Shown: positions 1 to 10,730, counted from the first letter of the whole stretch. The stretch: DNA of 61,107 nucleotides, filler included, from an uncultured bacterium (GCA_964449065.1; 4 parts of 4 records of this genome joined end to end with filler, not necessarily neighbours in it); one strand, 5' to 3'. Numbers and translations are program-made. The notes: generated by a model from the sequence alone, not told the origin.

Positions 1-758
1 TGCGTGAACAAATTTGGCGTGGTATTGAGAAAAAACGCGGTATCAAAGCTGGTATCGCGGTGGGCGTGAATCCAGGCGACGCGGTGGATGAAGCGGTAGA
101 GCGGATCACGCCAATGCAACCGTTTGGCATTATACCCCATTGCCTGGACGGCTTTGCAGCAGGCATCTTGCAGGTAATTGTGTCCAGCGGTCATGAAACG
201 GATTTGCTTAGGAAACGGCAACGATATGTTGCGGTTTGATTTTGCGTAATCCATGAACGTGTGGATAAGACGGGTTTGAATATCCAGCATTGTTTGATGA
301 ATCGCATGACAAGTTTGGTTGGGAAGCATAGGATTGCCTTTGTGGACTTGAAGCGGAGCGGCCGAGATTTCGGGATATTGTTTCAACAAACTTTGTAGGG
401 CATCCTGCCATGAGTTATGGACTAAAAACAGGCAGCGTTCGGATTGCAGCCAGTTGCGTATATCGTGGGTTTCCAGCCAGCCGCGAAAGAGTTCGACACG
501 GTCTTCGATGAGAAGCAAGCGGCGGTTTTTGTTGTCGCGCAGGTTGGCAAGGCTGATGAATTTGTCGATTTCGTAAAGCGCGGGTGAATTGGAGACTTGA
601 TACAAGACATGCAATTCGGCGGTTTCATTGAGTTCTATTGGTACCGGTTTGGGTTGGATTTCACCTGTCCACGGTGAGATGGTTTGGATGAGTTTGGCAA
701 TGCCGGGGTAAACGGATTGCAGCGCGGCTTGATTTTGCTGGAAGAGATCGGTACCCAC
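1..758 (-). CDS. Partial CDS running off the window edge; possible Maf/CgeB-like glycosylation-associated protein
   Basis: Not in the ORF track. Manual translation gives AAGGAG RBS, GTG at 758 and an open frame to position 1 (MGTDLFQQNQAALQSVYPGIAKLI...LLLIEDRVELFRGWLETHDIRNWL...). Family call is weak. Confidence 0.55.
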   Translation of the reverse strand, partial: MGTDLFQQNQAALQSVYPGIAKLIQTISPWTGEIQPKPVPIELNETAELHVLYQVSNSPALYEIDKFISLANLRDNKNRRLLLIEDRVELFRGWLETHDIRNWLQSERCLFLVHNSWQDALQSLLKQYPEISAAPLQVHKGNPMLPNQTCHAIHQTMLDIQTRLIHTFMDYAKSNRNISLPFPKQIRFMTAGHNYLQDACCKAVQAMGYNAKRLHWRDPLYRFIHRVAWIHAHRDTSFDTAFFLNTTPNLFT

Positions 759-862
759 CGGAGAATGTGCTCCTTATCTATTGAAACATTTTTCTGACTA
801 TTGGGTAACAGGATAACGGTGAATGTCTTTCTCTGCCACAGCGGCACAAAGATCAAAGAGGT

Positions 863-968
863 TATACCAATTTCATTTGGGATGGTTCAGAAAGAAAACC
901 GCTATGTTCTTCTTTCGCTGAGGCTTATCGCCGCGCTTACTCTACAATACAAATTGGAAACGGTATTA
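863..968. repeat. Short element with imperfect terminal inverted repeats
   Basis: Left arm TATACCAATTTCATTTG; right arm reverse complement TAATACCGTTTCCAATTTG. The right terminus overlaps the brnA stop codon. Confidence 0.45.
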
Positions 969-1298
969 TTCATGTGAAGAAATGTATTCTTTTAATGCCT
1001 CGTTCATACGGAATCGCCATCCTTCACCGCCAGACTTGAAATATTCAATCACTTCGGAATCTAGTGGAATAGAGATAAGTTCTTTGTTTGAATGACCTTG
1101 AATTTCACTTTCTTCGCGTGCGCGTTGGCTGAGGTCAACTAAGTCATTATAAATCTCAGGGGGCAAGACTTCACGTGCGGGACGTAATTGTTTTAACTCC
1201 TCATCCGTTAGTTCACGGGTATCAGGGTCTTCCGCAATTCCCCGGTTGATTTCTTCTTCTTCCTTTTTTGTGGGGATATGTAAGTTATGCTTTTTCAT
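966..1298 (-). CDS. brnA: BrnA-family antitoxin
   Basis: C-terminal KELISIPLDSEVIEYFKSGGEGWRFRMNEAL motif; likely ATG at 1298 overlapping the brnT end. Confidence 0.85.
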   Translation of the reverse strand: MKKHNLHIPTKKEEEEINRGIAEDPDTRELTDEELKQLRPAREVLPPEIYNDLVDLSQRAREESEIQGHSNKELISIPLDSEVIEYFKSGGEGWRFRMNEALKEYISSHE

Positions 1299-1554
1299 AT
1301 TCAACCACTTCTCGACGATTCGCCTTACGAAAACTGATAATGCGAATGGTGTCTCCACGAACCGTATAAACCAGGCAATGTAACCGGTTTCCTATGGGAG
1401 CATACGCAATCTTGCGAGGCTCACCATAATCACGCCGATCATCGTCCTGAATGACCGCATATTCCCATTCTAAAAATTCCGCGTTTTTAAAATCGGTATC
1501 GTGCTTTTCAATATTTTGCTGTCGTTTCTGTTTGTCCCATTCGTATTTTATCAT
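1285..1554 (-). CDS. brnT: BrnT-family toxin
   Basis: YEWDKQKRQQNIEKH...DYGEPR...VYTVRGDTIRIISFRKAN motifs. Confidence 0.9.
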   Translation of the reverse strand: MIKYEWDKQKRQQNIEKHDTDFKNAEFLEWEYAVIQDDDRRDYGEPRKIAYAPIGNRLHCLVYTVRGDTIRIISFRKANRREVVEYEKA

Positions 1555-1592
1555 TTCATTCTATTAATAAAAACAAAAAATATCAAATAGGT

Positions 1593-2948
1593 TTACGAAA
1601 CAATCCCCAAACCAATGCCGTCGAGACATGACGTGCCGAGTTTGCCTTCGTTGACATTAAAGATAGTTGGGAAGCGGTCGCGCCAGCCTTCGTTTGCTGC
1701 GGGACAGTATTGCCTGCCGTTGCCTTCAATCGCTGCGATGCCGGGAATGTGTACCGCAAGGCTGACCGAATGTAGAAACGAAGCGCCGGGGCAGGTTAGA
1801 TCCTGCACACATAAGAACATGTTGTATTTTTGCGCGGCGGCTGCCATGAGCAGCGATTGGCTTTGGCCTTTGCAGGCTTTGAGGGCAACTCCGGAATAGC
1901 CCTGCTCACGCGCCAGCAATAGGGTTTCAAAATCTTCCAGCGATTCATCGATGACCACCGGTTTAATCTCGGCGGCTTTGTGCATTTTGTTACCGGGATG
2001 GGCGCGCAAGTCGCGGGCGGTGGGCTGCTCGATATACTGCACCCGTTCGGTGGCTTTGGGGGCTTTCTCTTTGATTTGATTGAGGAACTCGATCAGGTAT
2101 TCAACATTTTCGCAGCGTTCATTGAAATCCAAGCTGTAGTGCCAGGTATCGACCCCGCGGATGGATTGGGTTTCTTCGGTCACGCGGTCGATTTCGGCTA
2201 TCCGGTTCACATCCCACTCTAAATTGCCGCCGTTGAGTTTTATTTTGAGATGGGTCAGACCGTCGGTTGTGATCCATTCGGGCAGCGTTTCGGGCAGACC
2301 GTCGTTAATGCGGTTTTGGATGTCTTCATCGGTAAGGGGATCAAGCGCGCCCACCAGATGATAGAGCGGAATATCCGGAATGGCGGTTTTGGAGACGTAT
2401 TGATCAAGATATTCTCCGGCAAATTCTTCATTCAGGTAATGAGATAAGTCGTTTGTCATGTGTTCCGGCGAATATGTGCTGAAACAATTTAATCCAAGCA
2501 ATTTGCCGTAGGCATCGTGAATGGCAGCATCGAAAGGGCTTGCTGTAACCAATGTACAGAGTTTGGGGATATCTTGTTTCAATTCTTTTTCCCATGAAAG
2601 GGATTTGGCCATTTTCAGATAGATTGGTTCCAACTCATGGTTGATATCGATGGGATGTCCGTATCCGTCATACGATTCGGTCACGTGCTGAATTTCTTTC
2701 GCCAAATCCAGCATAACTTGCCGGGTTTCATCGAACGATAAAACCTTCGAAGGAAATGCCCAGAGGTTGCTCATAGGCATTGAGCCAAAGCCCTGCGCCT
2801 CTTTGCCGGAACGGTCTTTTACGCGAACCGTAACATTCAAGTCAATCATGTCCTCAACAACCACACCGCCGAATTTAAGCGGGGCACGGAAATTGTAGGG
2901 CACGAATTCAATTTCTACGGATGTGATGGTGATATCGGTGTCTTTCAT
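1593..2948 (-). CDS. Enolase-superfamily (mandelate racemase/muconate lactonizing) enzyme
   Basis: KIK, DFNE, EQP and DES catalytic/metal-ligand motifs. Confidence 0.8.
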   Translation of the reverse strand: MKDTDITITSVEIEFVPYNFRAPLKFGGVVVEDMIDLNVTVRVKDRSGKEAQGFGSMPMSNLWAFPSKVLSFDETRQVMLDLAKEIQHVTESYDGYGHPIDINHELEPIYLKMAKSLSWEKELKQDIPKLCTLVTASPFDAAIHDAYGKLLGLNCFSTYSPEHMTNDLSHYLNEEFAGEYLDQYVSKTAIPDIPLYHLVGALDPLTDEDIQNRINDGLPETLPEWITTDGLTHLKIKLNGGNLEWDVNRIAEIDRVTEETQSIRGVDTWHYSLDFNERCENVEYLIEFLNQIKEKAPKATERVQYIEQPTARDLRAHPGNKMHKAAEIKPVVIDESLEDFETLLLAREQGYSGVALKACKGQSQSLLMAAAAQKYNMFLCVQDLTCPGASFLHSVSLAVHIPGIAAIEGNGRQYCPAANEGWRDRFPTIFNVNEGKLGTSCLDGIGLGIVS

Positions 2949-2974
2949 AAGTCTTCGCCTATTTTTTAGTATTC

Positions 2975-3122
2975 TAGTACAGCGTTACACATGAATCGAT
3001 GGCAGCCTCGCCTTTGTTGCCCTCCTTATTTAAGGGGGGATCGAAACACGCTTTCAACTACGCAAAATCCCCCGGAGCCTATGGCTCCACCCCCTTATGC
3101 AAGGGGGTACAACACTGCGCTA
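2975..3122. repeat. IR-bounded element with two REP-like hairpins
   Basis: Ends TAGTACAGCGTT and (reverse complement) TAGCGCAGTGTT; internal CCCTCCTTATTTAAGGGGGG and CCCCCTTATGCAAGGGGG. A similar left end and hairpin occur at 15172-15234. Confidence 0.55.
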
Positions 3123-3183
3123 ACGCTTGTGAATGACTGATCCCACTCATTTCATGCGGATGGGTAAGCATTCACCCATCATG

Positions 3184-4383
3184 TCAGCCTTGATGAACTA
3201 CTAGTAACCATTTTTTATAACGTTCTACTTGATCATGCACTACCTTGTCCCAATCGTAAACCCGTTCGATCAGTTTCCGGGCGTTTTGGCGGAGATGATT
3301 TCGCTTTTCGCTGTTTCCCAGTAATTCGATTATAGACGTCGTGAAATCATCCGGCATATCGCTGATCATCAAGTGTTCTTGGTGTTGGCCGTCCAAGCCT
3401 TCGCAGCCGGTGGAGGTGCTGACGATGGCCCGACCGCTGGCCATGGCTTCTAAGATTTTAAGCCGGATTCCTCCGCCCACCCGCAGAGGGACTATATAAA
3501 CGTTTGCTTGCTCAATATACGGCTGGATATCCGGGACTCTCCCTGTCACAACGATGCCGTCTTTTTCATGATACTGATGAATCGAATCGGGCGGGCTTGA
3601 TCCAACCACATAAAATTGCGCGTTGGGGATTCGGTTTCGAATCTTCGGCCAGCAATGGCGCAGAAAATATAACACTCCATCCGCGTTAGGATAATAGGAT
3701 AAGGTGCCGGTAAAGACCACAATGGGTTCGTTGCCGGTCTCTTCCATATAGGGGTAGGCGGTTAACTCCACGCCGGGGCGTTGGTGCATGACTTGGAGTG
3801 TGGAATCCAATTGATTCAATCCATCGCGGTCGAGTGGGGAAATGGAGAGAACCTTATCGAATTTGCGGCAGGCATTTAGCTCGAAGTTTCTGGTTCGCAA
3901 ACCTTCCAGAAAGAAAGCCATTTTTTTCAGGGGATTCCGGTTGGCTTTGCCGTAGCGCAGCAAGATATTGCCTTCGATATTTTCTTTGTAATGAATTTTC
4001 AGCACATCCCAATTGGGATTGACATATTTGGTGGTGTAAAAATTTTGGGCGTGAACGATATCAATGTTTTGGCGTTGGATTACCCGTTCAATGTATCCTG
4101 CCATTTGGTGATTGTAGAACCGGTGCGCTTTGTAGGGCTGGGTAGAAACCAAACAGCGCAGCAATGGGTAAAGCGACCATTTGCCGTAAGCCGGAAAGGC
4201 GGCAACTTCTTCACAATGCTCTTTCATCACATCCAAAGCATCGAGTTCCGAGGGGTGATGATACAAACAAACCACACTCACGCGGTTGGTGTTGGCAAAG
4301 CGTTTGATGGTGTTCCAGGTGACGATGCGTCCTCCGCTGTGGGGCGGAAAGGGGATTTGAGGCGTGATAAACAAAATATTCAT
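3184..4383 (-). CDS. Glycosyltransferase family 4 (GT-B)
   Basis: PFPPHSGGRI N-terminus; GGGIRLKILEAMASGRAIVSTS. Confidence 0.9.
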   Translation of the reverse strand: MNILFITPQIPFPPHSGGRIVTWNTIKRFANTNRVSVVCLYHHPSELDALDVMKEHCEEVAAFPAYGKWSLYPLLRCLVSTQPYKAHRFYNHQMAGYIERVIQRQNIDIVHAQNFYTTKYVNPNWDVLKIHYKENIEGNILLRYGKANRNPLKKMAFFLEGLRTRNFELNACRKFDKVLSISPLDRDGLNQLDSTLQVMHQRPGVELTAYPYMEETGNEPIVVFTGTLSYYPNADGVLYFLRHCWPKIRNRIPNAQFYVVGSSPPDSIHQYHEKDGIVVTGRVPDIQPYIEQANVYIVPLRVGGGIRLKILEAMASGRAIVSTSTGCEGLDGQHQEHLMISDMPDDFTTSIIELLGNSEKRNHLRQNARKLIERVYDWDKVVHDQVERYKKWLLVVHQG

Positions 4384-4392
4384 AGCGGATCG

Positions 4393-5625
4393 TTATACAA
4401 TGCGGGATACCAGCGACAGGCATTGCAAGGTGGTTTGGCGAACCGATTCGGTTTTGTCGCGTTCGCTGAATTCGGGATGGATGTAGGGATTGCGCAAATG
4501 TTGGAGATAGATGAGCTGATTCGAGAGTTCGATCGTTTTCGGATTATCCAGCCCTTTGACACCCAGGGGATTTTTGATTTCGATTTTTCCTTTGCGGTTG
4601 GGCACGGTATGGGTTTGTCCCCAGCAATATAAGATGACGCCCAGCGCTTTGAGGCCGTCCGGTTTGTATTTGGATTCATGCTGAATAATTCGTTCCAATA
4701 CCTGCCGGGTGATATCGGCGTTGATTTCCAGGTGTTCATTCTGGGCGGTGCGGATTAAATGCTGTCCGAAGAAAATATCCAAATTGTGGATGGAAATATC
4801 GTAGAGATCATCGGCAAGTTTTTTGATGTGTTTTGACGATAAAAATTTAGTCACCTTTTTCCCAATGCGGATTTTCACTTCATTTTCGACGGCGAAGGAA
4901 TAGGAGAAGCCGATATTGCGTTCCACCGAGGCTGCCGAATCGGAATGATACATTTGTTCGGCTACACCCAGCATGGATTGGGTTTCGTCATCGAGTTGAT
5001 CGACTTCGGGCAGATCTTGTTGGACGGTTGCCAGGGCTTTGTCGATATCCCAAGTTTGATCGACGGCCGGCGCGTTGGAACTTAGGCGTTCTACCAGTTC
5101 AAGCATTTCGTAGACTTCACCTTTGATGGCGGCATCGACGTTTGGGTCCTGCAACCAGCGGTTGCATTCTTCGCGGAGGGCAACGGTATCCTGCGGTGAA
5201 CCGCCGGAAAGAGCATCGATTTTTCGTTTCAGTTCCTCCAACTGCCGCGCTTGGTTGTATACTTGATCCAATTTTTGATAAAGCGTTTCAATTTCCTGTT
5301 CGATGCGCGATTTGCTGAGGACGCAGGCGGCGCCATACTGCTGCGCCAAGGCGCCTTCGTCGAACGTACCCACGGCGGAAATCATGATGATGGGCAAAGA
5401 AGGATATACACTTTTTACTTGCTTAATAAACCGCAATCCCTCGTCGTGGGTCCGCATATCCAAATCGGTGATGACCACGTGGGGGGCGGCCGACTGGAGT
5501 TGCTCCATACCTTGGTCGGAATCTTCCGCTTCGCTGACGGTATAACCGGCGAGTGTAAGATTTCGCACCACGGAACCGCGGTATTGAGGATTGTCATCGA
5601 CGACAAGAACGCGTTTTTCACTCAT
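4393..5625 (-). CDS. Response regulator (REC) with a large uncharacterised C-terminal domain
   Basis: VLVVDD, VITDLDM phospho-Asp, ISA and K of REC; C-terminal RNPYIH. Confidence 0.8.
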   Translation of the reverse strand: MSEKRVLVVDDNPQYRGSVVRNLTLAGYTVSEAEDSDQGMEQLQSAAPHVVITDLDMRTHDEGLRFIKQVKSVYPSLPIIMISAVGTFDEGALAQQYGAACVLSKSRIEQEIETLYQKLDQVYNQARQLEELKRKIDALSGGSPQDTVALREECNRWLQDPNVDAAIKGEVYEMLELVERLSSNAPAVDQTWDIDKALATVQQDLPEVDQLDDETQSMLGVAEQMYHSDSAASVERNIGFSYSFAVENEVKIRIGKKVTKFLSSKHIKKLADDLYDISIHNLDIFFGQHLIRTAQNEHLEINADITRQVLERIIQHESKYKPDGLKALGVILYCWGQTHTVPNRKGKIEIKNPLGVKGLDNPKTIELSNQLIYLQHLRNPYIHPEFSERDKTESVRQTTLQCLSLVSRIV

Positions 5626-5642
5626 TGGAATTGGGGAATCCT

Positions 5643-6641
5643 TTATGACGAGAACGGTAATGAAACCGGTTCGCCGGTTTCAATGGAGCGGTACGCACCG
5701 AGTGCGACCTCCATTGCTTTTAATCCGTCGTAGCCTGTGACCGGGGCTTCTTTGCCTTCGCGTATCATCTTGGTGAACGAACGGATCAGGCCCAAATCAA
5801 TGTTGTCCGTCCAAGATGCCCATTCGGCTTTTACGGTTTTGTTATTGTAGATTGCCACGTGCTGTTTGAAAGCGTCTACGGATATGGACCCTTGATCGCC
5901 GGTAATTTCCATCGTCACATCTCCCCAGGTTGGAAAGGATGCATTGGGGCGCGACCAGGAGGTATCCAAGGTTGCAAAGGTGCCGCCTTCAAATTCCAGC
6001 GAGAGCAGGCCGGTGTCTTCAACATGGATATCGCTGTAAAAATTTTGTGCGGCTTCCGCGTAGACGGAGACCACTTCTTTCCCCAACATCCAGCGCCAGA
6101 CATCAACAACATGGACGGTATGGTCGAGCACCGCCCCGCCGCCGGAGAGTTCTGTTTGGATAAACCATCCGCCCGGCATGGTGCCGCGATTGGTGCCGGC
6201 CATCCCGAATATATTGCCCAATTTGCCTTTGGAAACAATGAAATGAACCCGGTTGATTACCGTGCTGTAACGGCAGGGGAAAGCAATCATAAGTTGCACG
6301 CCCTGCTGTTTGCAGTGATCGATCATCTCATTGGCATCGGCGATGTTGGTCGCGATGGGTTTTTCGCATAGGATGTGTTTTTGGGCATCCGCGGCCATGA
6401 GGGTGTATTTTTTGTGATGAATGTTTTCCGTGCAGATCACAACCCCCTGGATATCTTGCTGTAAAAGCGCGCCGCAATCGGTAAAGGCTTGTGTGTGGAA
6501 TTGTTTTGCGGCTTCGTTGGCGCGGTTTTCATCTTCATCAAACACACCGGCTAATTCAACACCTTCCAATTGTGTAATACAGTCAGCATAGCTGTAGGCA
6601 TGCATGTGGGCGAATGAGATGATTCCTAAACGTATGGTCAT
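5643..6641 (-). CDS. Gfo/Idh/MocA oxidoreductase
   Basis: HILCEKP; GGGAVLDHTVH. Confidence 0.9.
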   Translation of the reverse strand: MTIRLGIISFAHMHAYSYADCITQLEGVELAGVFDEDENRANEAAKQFHTQAFTDCGALLQQDIQGVVICTENIHHKKYTLMAADAQKHILCEKPIATNIADANEMIDHCKQQGVQLMIAFPCRYSTVINRVHFIVSKGKLGNIFGMAGTNRGTMPGGWFIQTELSGGGAVLDHTVHVVDVWRWMLGKEVVSVYAEAAQNFYSDIHVEDTGLLSLEFEGGTFATLDTSWSRPNASFPTWGDVTMEITGDQGSISVDAFKQHVAIYNNKTVKAEWASWTDNIDLGLIRSFTKMIREGKEAPVTGYDGLKAMEVALGAYRSIETGEPVSLPFSS

Positions 6642-6656
6642 GGTTTCAATCTCCCT

Positions 6657-7646
6657 TTATGACACCGCAACCGGTTTGTGTGATTGCATGGATTCTATTG
6701 CCGCCAGCGAACAGCGAACCGCTGCCAAGCCGTCTTGCGGCGGGATGGGATTTTCAATTTTACCGTTGACGGCATCTAAAAATCCCTTGAATGCAAGATA
6801 CTGTGCCGGATAGATGACCGGGCTTTCGGTGAAGTAGCTTCTGCCGTCTGTCTCCACGCTTAGCAGCGAAACCTCCAGCGGGACGGACTCTTGATTTTTG
6901 TAATGAATCAACCCGTCATTGCCGGCGACTTCAACCGCCAAGTTATACTGCCCGCGGTGGCTCCAGCTGGATTCGATGTGAGCGATGGCTCCGTTTTGCA
7001 TCCGTACGGAAGCGAGGGCGTAATCCATCGCATCGGTTTGCGTTCGCCCCAACATGCCTTGGCAAAAGATTCGCTGCACACCGCCAAAGCACCATAAGAG
7101 GAAATCAAACTCATGGCACATGGCATCTAGCACCACGCCGCCGCTGCTTTCGAAATTGCTATACCATTTTTTGGGATGCGGCGTTTGGCGGCTGAGGCGG
7201 ATCATCCCCGGTTTGCCGGCGGAACCGCCGGATGCGCGCTGTTTGATGAGGGTGTATTCACGGTAAAAGCGCAGAAGATGATCGACAGTGATGACAAGAT
7301 TTTTTTCTTTCGCCAGTTGGATGAGTTCTTCGCCTTCGTTCACATTTCGGACAAACGGCATTTCTATGAACACGTGCTTTCCATGTTCTAAAGCGTCTTT
7401 GGCGTGAGCGTAATGAAATAGCGTAGGGGTGGCAACGATTACGGCTTGGATTTCCGGATGACTCACCACCGCTTCGATGGAATCGGCTGCCGCACCGCCG
7501 AATTTGCCGGTCAGTTCCTGCGCGGCGGCGGGATTGGTATCCATCACCGCGATGAGTTGAGCGTCCGGCAACTGGGTTAACGATTCGGCATGGGCGTTGC
7601 CCATTGTGCCCGCACCGATCATTCCAACACCAATCATATCCCTCAA
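6657..7646 (-). CDS. Gfo/Idh/MocA oxidoreductase
   Basis: GAGTMG Rossmann motif; HVFIEMP (K to M change in EKP); GGVVLDAMCH. Confidence 0.85.
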   Translation of the reverse strand: MRDMIGVGMIGAGTMGNAHAESLTQLPDAQLIAVMDTNPAAAQELTGKFGGAAADSIEAVVSHPEIQAVIVATPTLFHYAHAKDALEHGKHVFIEMPFVRNVNEGEELIQLAKEKNLVITVDHLLRFYREYTLIKQRASGGSAGKPGMIRLSRQTPHPKKWYSNFESSGGVVLDAMCHEFDFLLWCFGGVQRIFCQGMLGRTQTDAMDYALASVRMQNGAIAHIESSWSHRGQYNLAVEVAGNDGLIHYKNQESVPLEVSLLSVETDGRSYFTESPVIYPAQYLAFKGFLDAVNGKIENPIPPQDGLAAVRCSLAAIESMQSHKPVAVS

Positions 7647-7773
7647 TCCTTTCTGTATACGCTGTGCATACCTTGCCAGGATTTTGAATTAAATCAATGA
7701 AAACCCGCGTTAAAATTCTATCTGCGGAAATTTGGACGCACAGAAAGCAGGCCGAAAGCCTGCGCCAACCTGT

Positions 7774-9420
7774 TTACATGCGTTCGGGCGCGTTGAGTTT
7801 CAACAGCCGCAAGCCGTTGCGCATCACTTGGCGGACCGCCAGCACCAGATGAAAGCGCGCCAGGCTGCCTGCTTTGTCACTTTCATCCAATACCTTTTGC
7901 ACTTGATAATAGTGGTGAAAGGTTTTGGCAAGATCTTCAAGATAGGCCGGCACCAAATGCGATTCGCGTTTTTCGGCGGCCTCCATCACCACGGATGGGT
8001 AGAAAAAGAGTTTTAATAAAATCTCACGTTCCAGTTTACTTTCGTAGATTGAATGATCGACATCAAGCGATTCGGAAAATTCGAAGCCGCGTTCCAGCGC
8101 TTTGGCTTCCATGCTGCAAGCGCGCGCGTGAACGTATTGCAGGTAATACACCGGGTTTTCCATGGATTGTTCTTTCGCAAGGTCCCAATCAAAGACCATT
8201 TGCGCGCTGTAGCTGCGCTGGGTGAAGAAATAGCGGGTGACATCCGCTCCCAGCTCATCCACCATATCGCTGAGGGTCATAAAATCGCCGGAGCGGGTTG
8301 ATAGTTTGATTTTTTCGCCTCCACGCGAGATGCTGACCATTTGATTGAGGAGGTATTCTAACTTATTCAGGTCATACCCAAACATGCCGAGGGCGATTTT
8401 GACGCGCTCGACCTGGCTGTGGTGGTCGTGCCCCATGACGTTAACCATGAGGTCGACCCCGCGGTTGTATTTATCGCGGTGATAGGCGATATCCGGGGTA
8501 ACGTAGGTGGGTTCGCCGTCGCGTTTGACCAAGACGCGGTCTTTTTCATCACCATGATCGGTGGTTCTAAGCCAGACCGCATCTTCTTTTTTATAGGTTG
8601 CCCCTTTTTCCGCTAGTTCATCTAGTGTTGCCTTGACTGCACCTGAGGTATGGAGTGAATTTTCGCTGAAGGTGGTATCAAACTTCACGCGCAGTTTGCG
8701 CAGGTCATCCATGATTAACACCATGATGACTCCGGAGGCAAAATCGGTGAACGGTTTCCAACTATCTTCATTCACCAGCGAATCGCCTTTAACATGGCGT
8801 AAAGCGGCCGCAATGGTGCGGATGTAATCCCCACGATAGCCGTTTTCCGGCAGGGGGGAATCGATGTCAAACAACTGGCGGTAACGGGCGCGGACAGAGA
8901 GCCCCAGCATCTGCATTTGAACACCGGCATCGTTGTAATAGTATTCGCGGGTGACGTCATATCCCACCGCTTGCAGGATTTCAGCCGCCATATCGCCTAC
9001 GACAGCCCCGCGAACGTGGCCGACATGTAAGGGGCCGGTGGGATTGGCGCTGACGTATTCGACCAACGCGCGCCGGCCTTTGTATTTTTCGGAACGGCCG
9101 TATTGCTCTTTGGTTTGCAGGATGGATTTCATCATCCCGGTGAAGACGGTGTTGTGGAGGCGTACATTGATAAAGCCCGGTCCGGCAACATTAACTGATG
9201 CGACCAATCCGCTGTCTTCCAGCGGCTTTTTGAGTTCTTCCGCCAATTCGCGGGGATTTTTTTTGAGCGGTTTGGCCAGCTGCATGGCGGCGTTAGAGGC
9301 TAAATCGCCATGCTGAAAATCGCGCGCGGCGGTAAAATACACCTCCGGCGCATCATCCGTAAGCGCGTTGACCGCATGTTGCAGACATTTGTTCAGTTGA
9401 GTTACGGTTTCAAAATACAT
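7774..9420 (-). CDS. argS: Arginine--tRNA ligase
   Basis: VEYVSANPTGPLHVGH (HIGH motif); YLQYVHAR; C-terminal APERM. Confidence 0.97.
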   Translation of the reverse strand: MYFETVTQLNKCLQHAVNALTDDAPEVYFTAARDFQHGDLASNAAMQLAKPLKKNPRELAEELKKPLEDSGLVASVNVAGPGFINVRLHNTVFTGMMKSILQTKEQYGRSEKYKGRRALVEYVSANPTGPLHVGHVRGAVVGDMAAEILQAVGYDVTREYYYNDAGVQMQMLGLSVRARYRQLFDIDSPLPENGYRGDYIRTIAAALRHVKGDSLVNEDSWKPFTDFASGVIMVLIMDDLRKLRVKFDTTFSENSLHTSGAVKATLDELAEKGATYKKEDAVWLRTTDHGDEKDRVLVKRDGEPTYVTPDIAYHRDKYNRGVDLMVNVMGHDHHSQVERVKIALGMFGYDLNKLEYLLNQMVSISRGGEKIKLSTRSGDFMTLSDMVDELGADVTRYFFTQRSYSAQMVFDWDLAKEQSMENPVYYLQYVHARACSMEAKALERGFEFSESLDVDHSIYESKLEREILLKLFFYPSVVMEAAEKRESHLVPAYLEDLAKTFHHYYQVQKVLDESDKAGSLARFHLVLAVRQVMRNGLRLLKLNAPERM

Positions 9421-9504
9421 ATGTTTCTCATTGATTCCTAAGTAGTAGACTGGGAAAGCACTCAGTATAATTATGAATTGAATCTTGCCAATCGTTGCAG
9501 AAAA

Positions 9505-10716
9505 TCAACACGCATGTTTGGTTTGGTGTTGAGAGAGATTCAGCATGTAGAGCGTTAGAAAAAACACCATCCCCACTAGCAGAAAAAAGAGAGGAATTTC
9601 TTCAAACGTTTTAGCCAGAATGAATGAGATAAAAAAAATAACGATACCCAACCCCAAATGATTCGTGTATTTAGGATTTCCGTACAACGCCTCCGCTCCA
9701 ATCCAATAAACCGGCGGGATGAGCAGAACCAAGTGATGCTTTTCGGAGACCGGCATCATCCACAAACTCGCCAGCAGGTAAACGCTCCATGCTAGTATCC
9801 TATTGCGTTCGGTTTCATGCTTTTGGACCCAAACGAGATCCAACAATAGAATAGCAAGCAGCAATACGGCATTGAGAATTTCCCGGGCGGCAAGCGTTCG
9901 CCATGCAAATATATAGGCCGAAAAATCATACAGTGTCGTTTGAATTTGATGGGTGCCTTTTGGGAAATTCTCAGCGGGGAGCACGTTGAACATGGTATCG
10001 AAGTATAGTTGATAGGCTGAAAACAGGGCATTGCCCATCGTGAAGTACGGCAGAAGAAATAATGCTGCCATCAACAGGATTGCCGCCCCGATCATCCGCC
10101 ATGCCCGGCGGATAAGAAAATAAAAAAGAATCAATATTGGCAGCGGTTTTATCGATAAGGCGAGAGCCAATGCTATCGCAGAGAACAGCCGGTTGTTCCA
10201 AGCATATTGGTGCAGTGAGATCATGCAAAGGAACAACACGATGAGATTCACTTGCCCGTTTTTAAGCTCATTTTGGATGGGAACATACATTATAAGGATC
10301 AACAGAAATACCGGGAGAGTGCATGACCATGAGATAGAGGGGAATTTTTTTGTTTGCCGAAATGATTCCGCCAGGTAGAGAATCCCGAAGAGGGAAACGA
10401 GGCTTAATCCATACCAAATGATGCCGTTAAACGGAAAGGGAACCCACGTGAGAGGAATGGCAAGAAACGCGAGAACGGGTGGATAGAGATAACTGCTATA
10501 GGGGGATTCATGCATACCTTGATACGGGGAATTTCCGGAAACAACCTGCTTGGCGGCTTGTATAAACAACTGAAAATCCAGGCCGCTTTTGGACAGGGTA
10601 AGATCGAAGGTTTGGAAAAATAAATACACCAAAGCGCCGAACAAAAGAAATGCCGAAACAATTTGGCCGGTCTGATTTTCTGAAATCTTACGGATCCAAT
10701 TGCGGAGTGGATTCAA
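9505..10716 (-). CDS. GT87/DUF2029-type membrane glycosyltransferase
   Basis: Multi-pass membrane protein; DFQLF, YLYPP, GQVN, SIKPLP, HHLVLL motifs. Confidence 0.75.
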   Translation of the reverse strand: MNPLRNWIRKISENQTGQIVSAFLLFGALVYLFFQTFDLTLSKSGLDFQLFIQAAKQVVSGNSPYQGMHESPYSSYLYPPVLAFLAIPLTWVPFPFNGIIWYGLSLVSLFGILYLAESFRQTKKFPSISWSCTLPVFLLILIMYVPIQNELKNGQVNLIVLFLCMISLHQYAWNNRLFSAIALALALSIKPLPILILFYFLIRRAWRMIGAAILLMAALFLLPYFTMGNALFSAYQLYFDTMFNVLPAENFPKGTHQIQTTLYDFSAYIFAWRTLAAREILNAVLLLAILLLDLVWVQKHETERNRILAWSVYLLASLWMMPVSEKHHLVLLIPPVYWIGAEALYGNPKYTNHLGLGIVIFFISFILAKTFEEIPLFFLLVGMVFFLTLYMLNLSQHQTKHAC

Positions 10717-10730
10717 ATTATCACCTTCAT

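Noticed and set aside
208..856. Three short minus-strand ORFs in the track (208-411, 422-628, 635-856)
   Set aside because: They are alternative frames of the longer ORF 758 to <1, which has an RBS.
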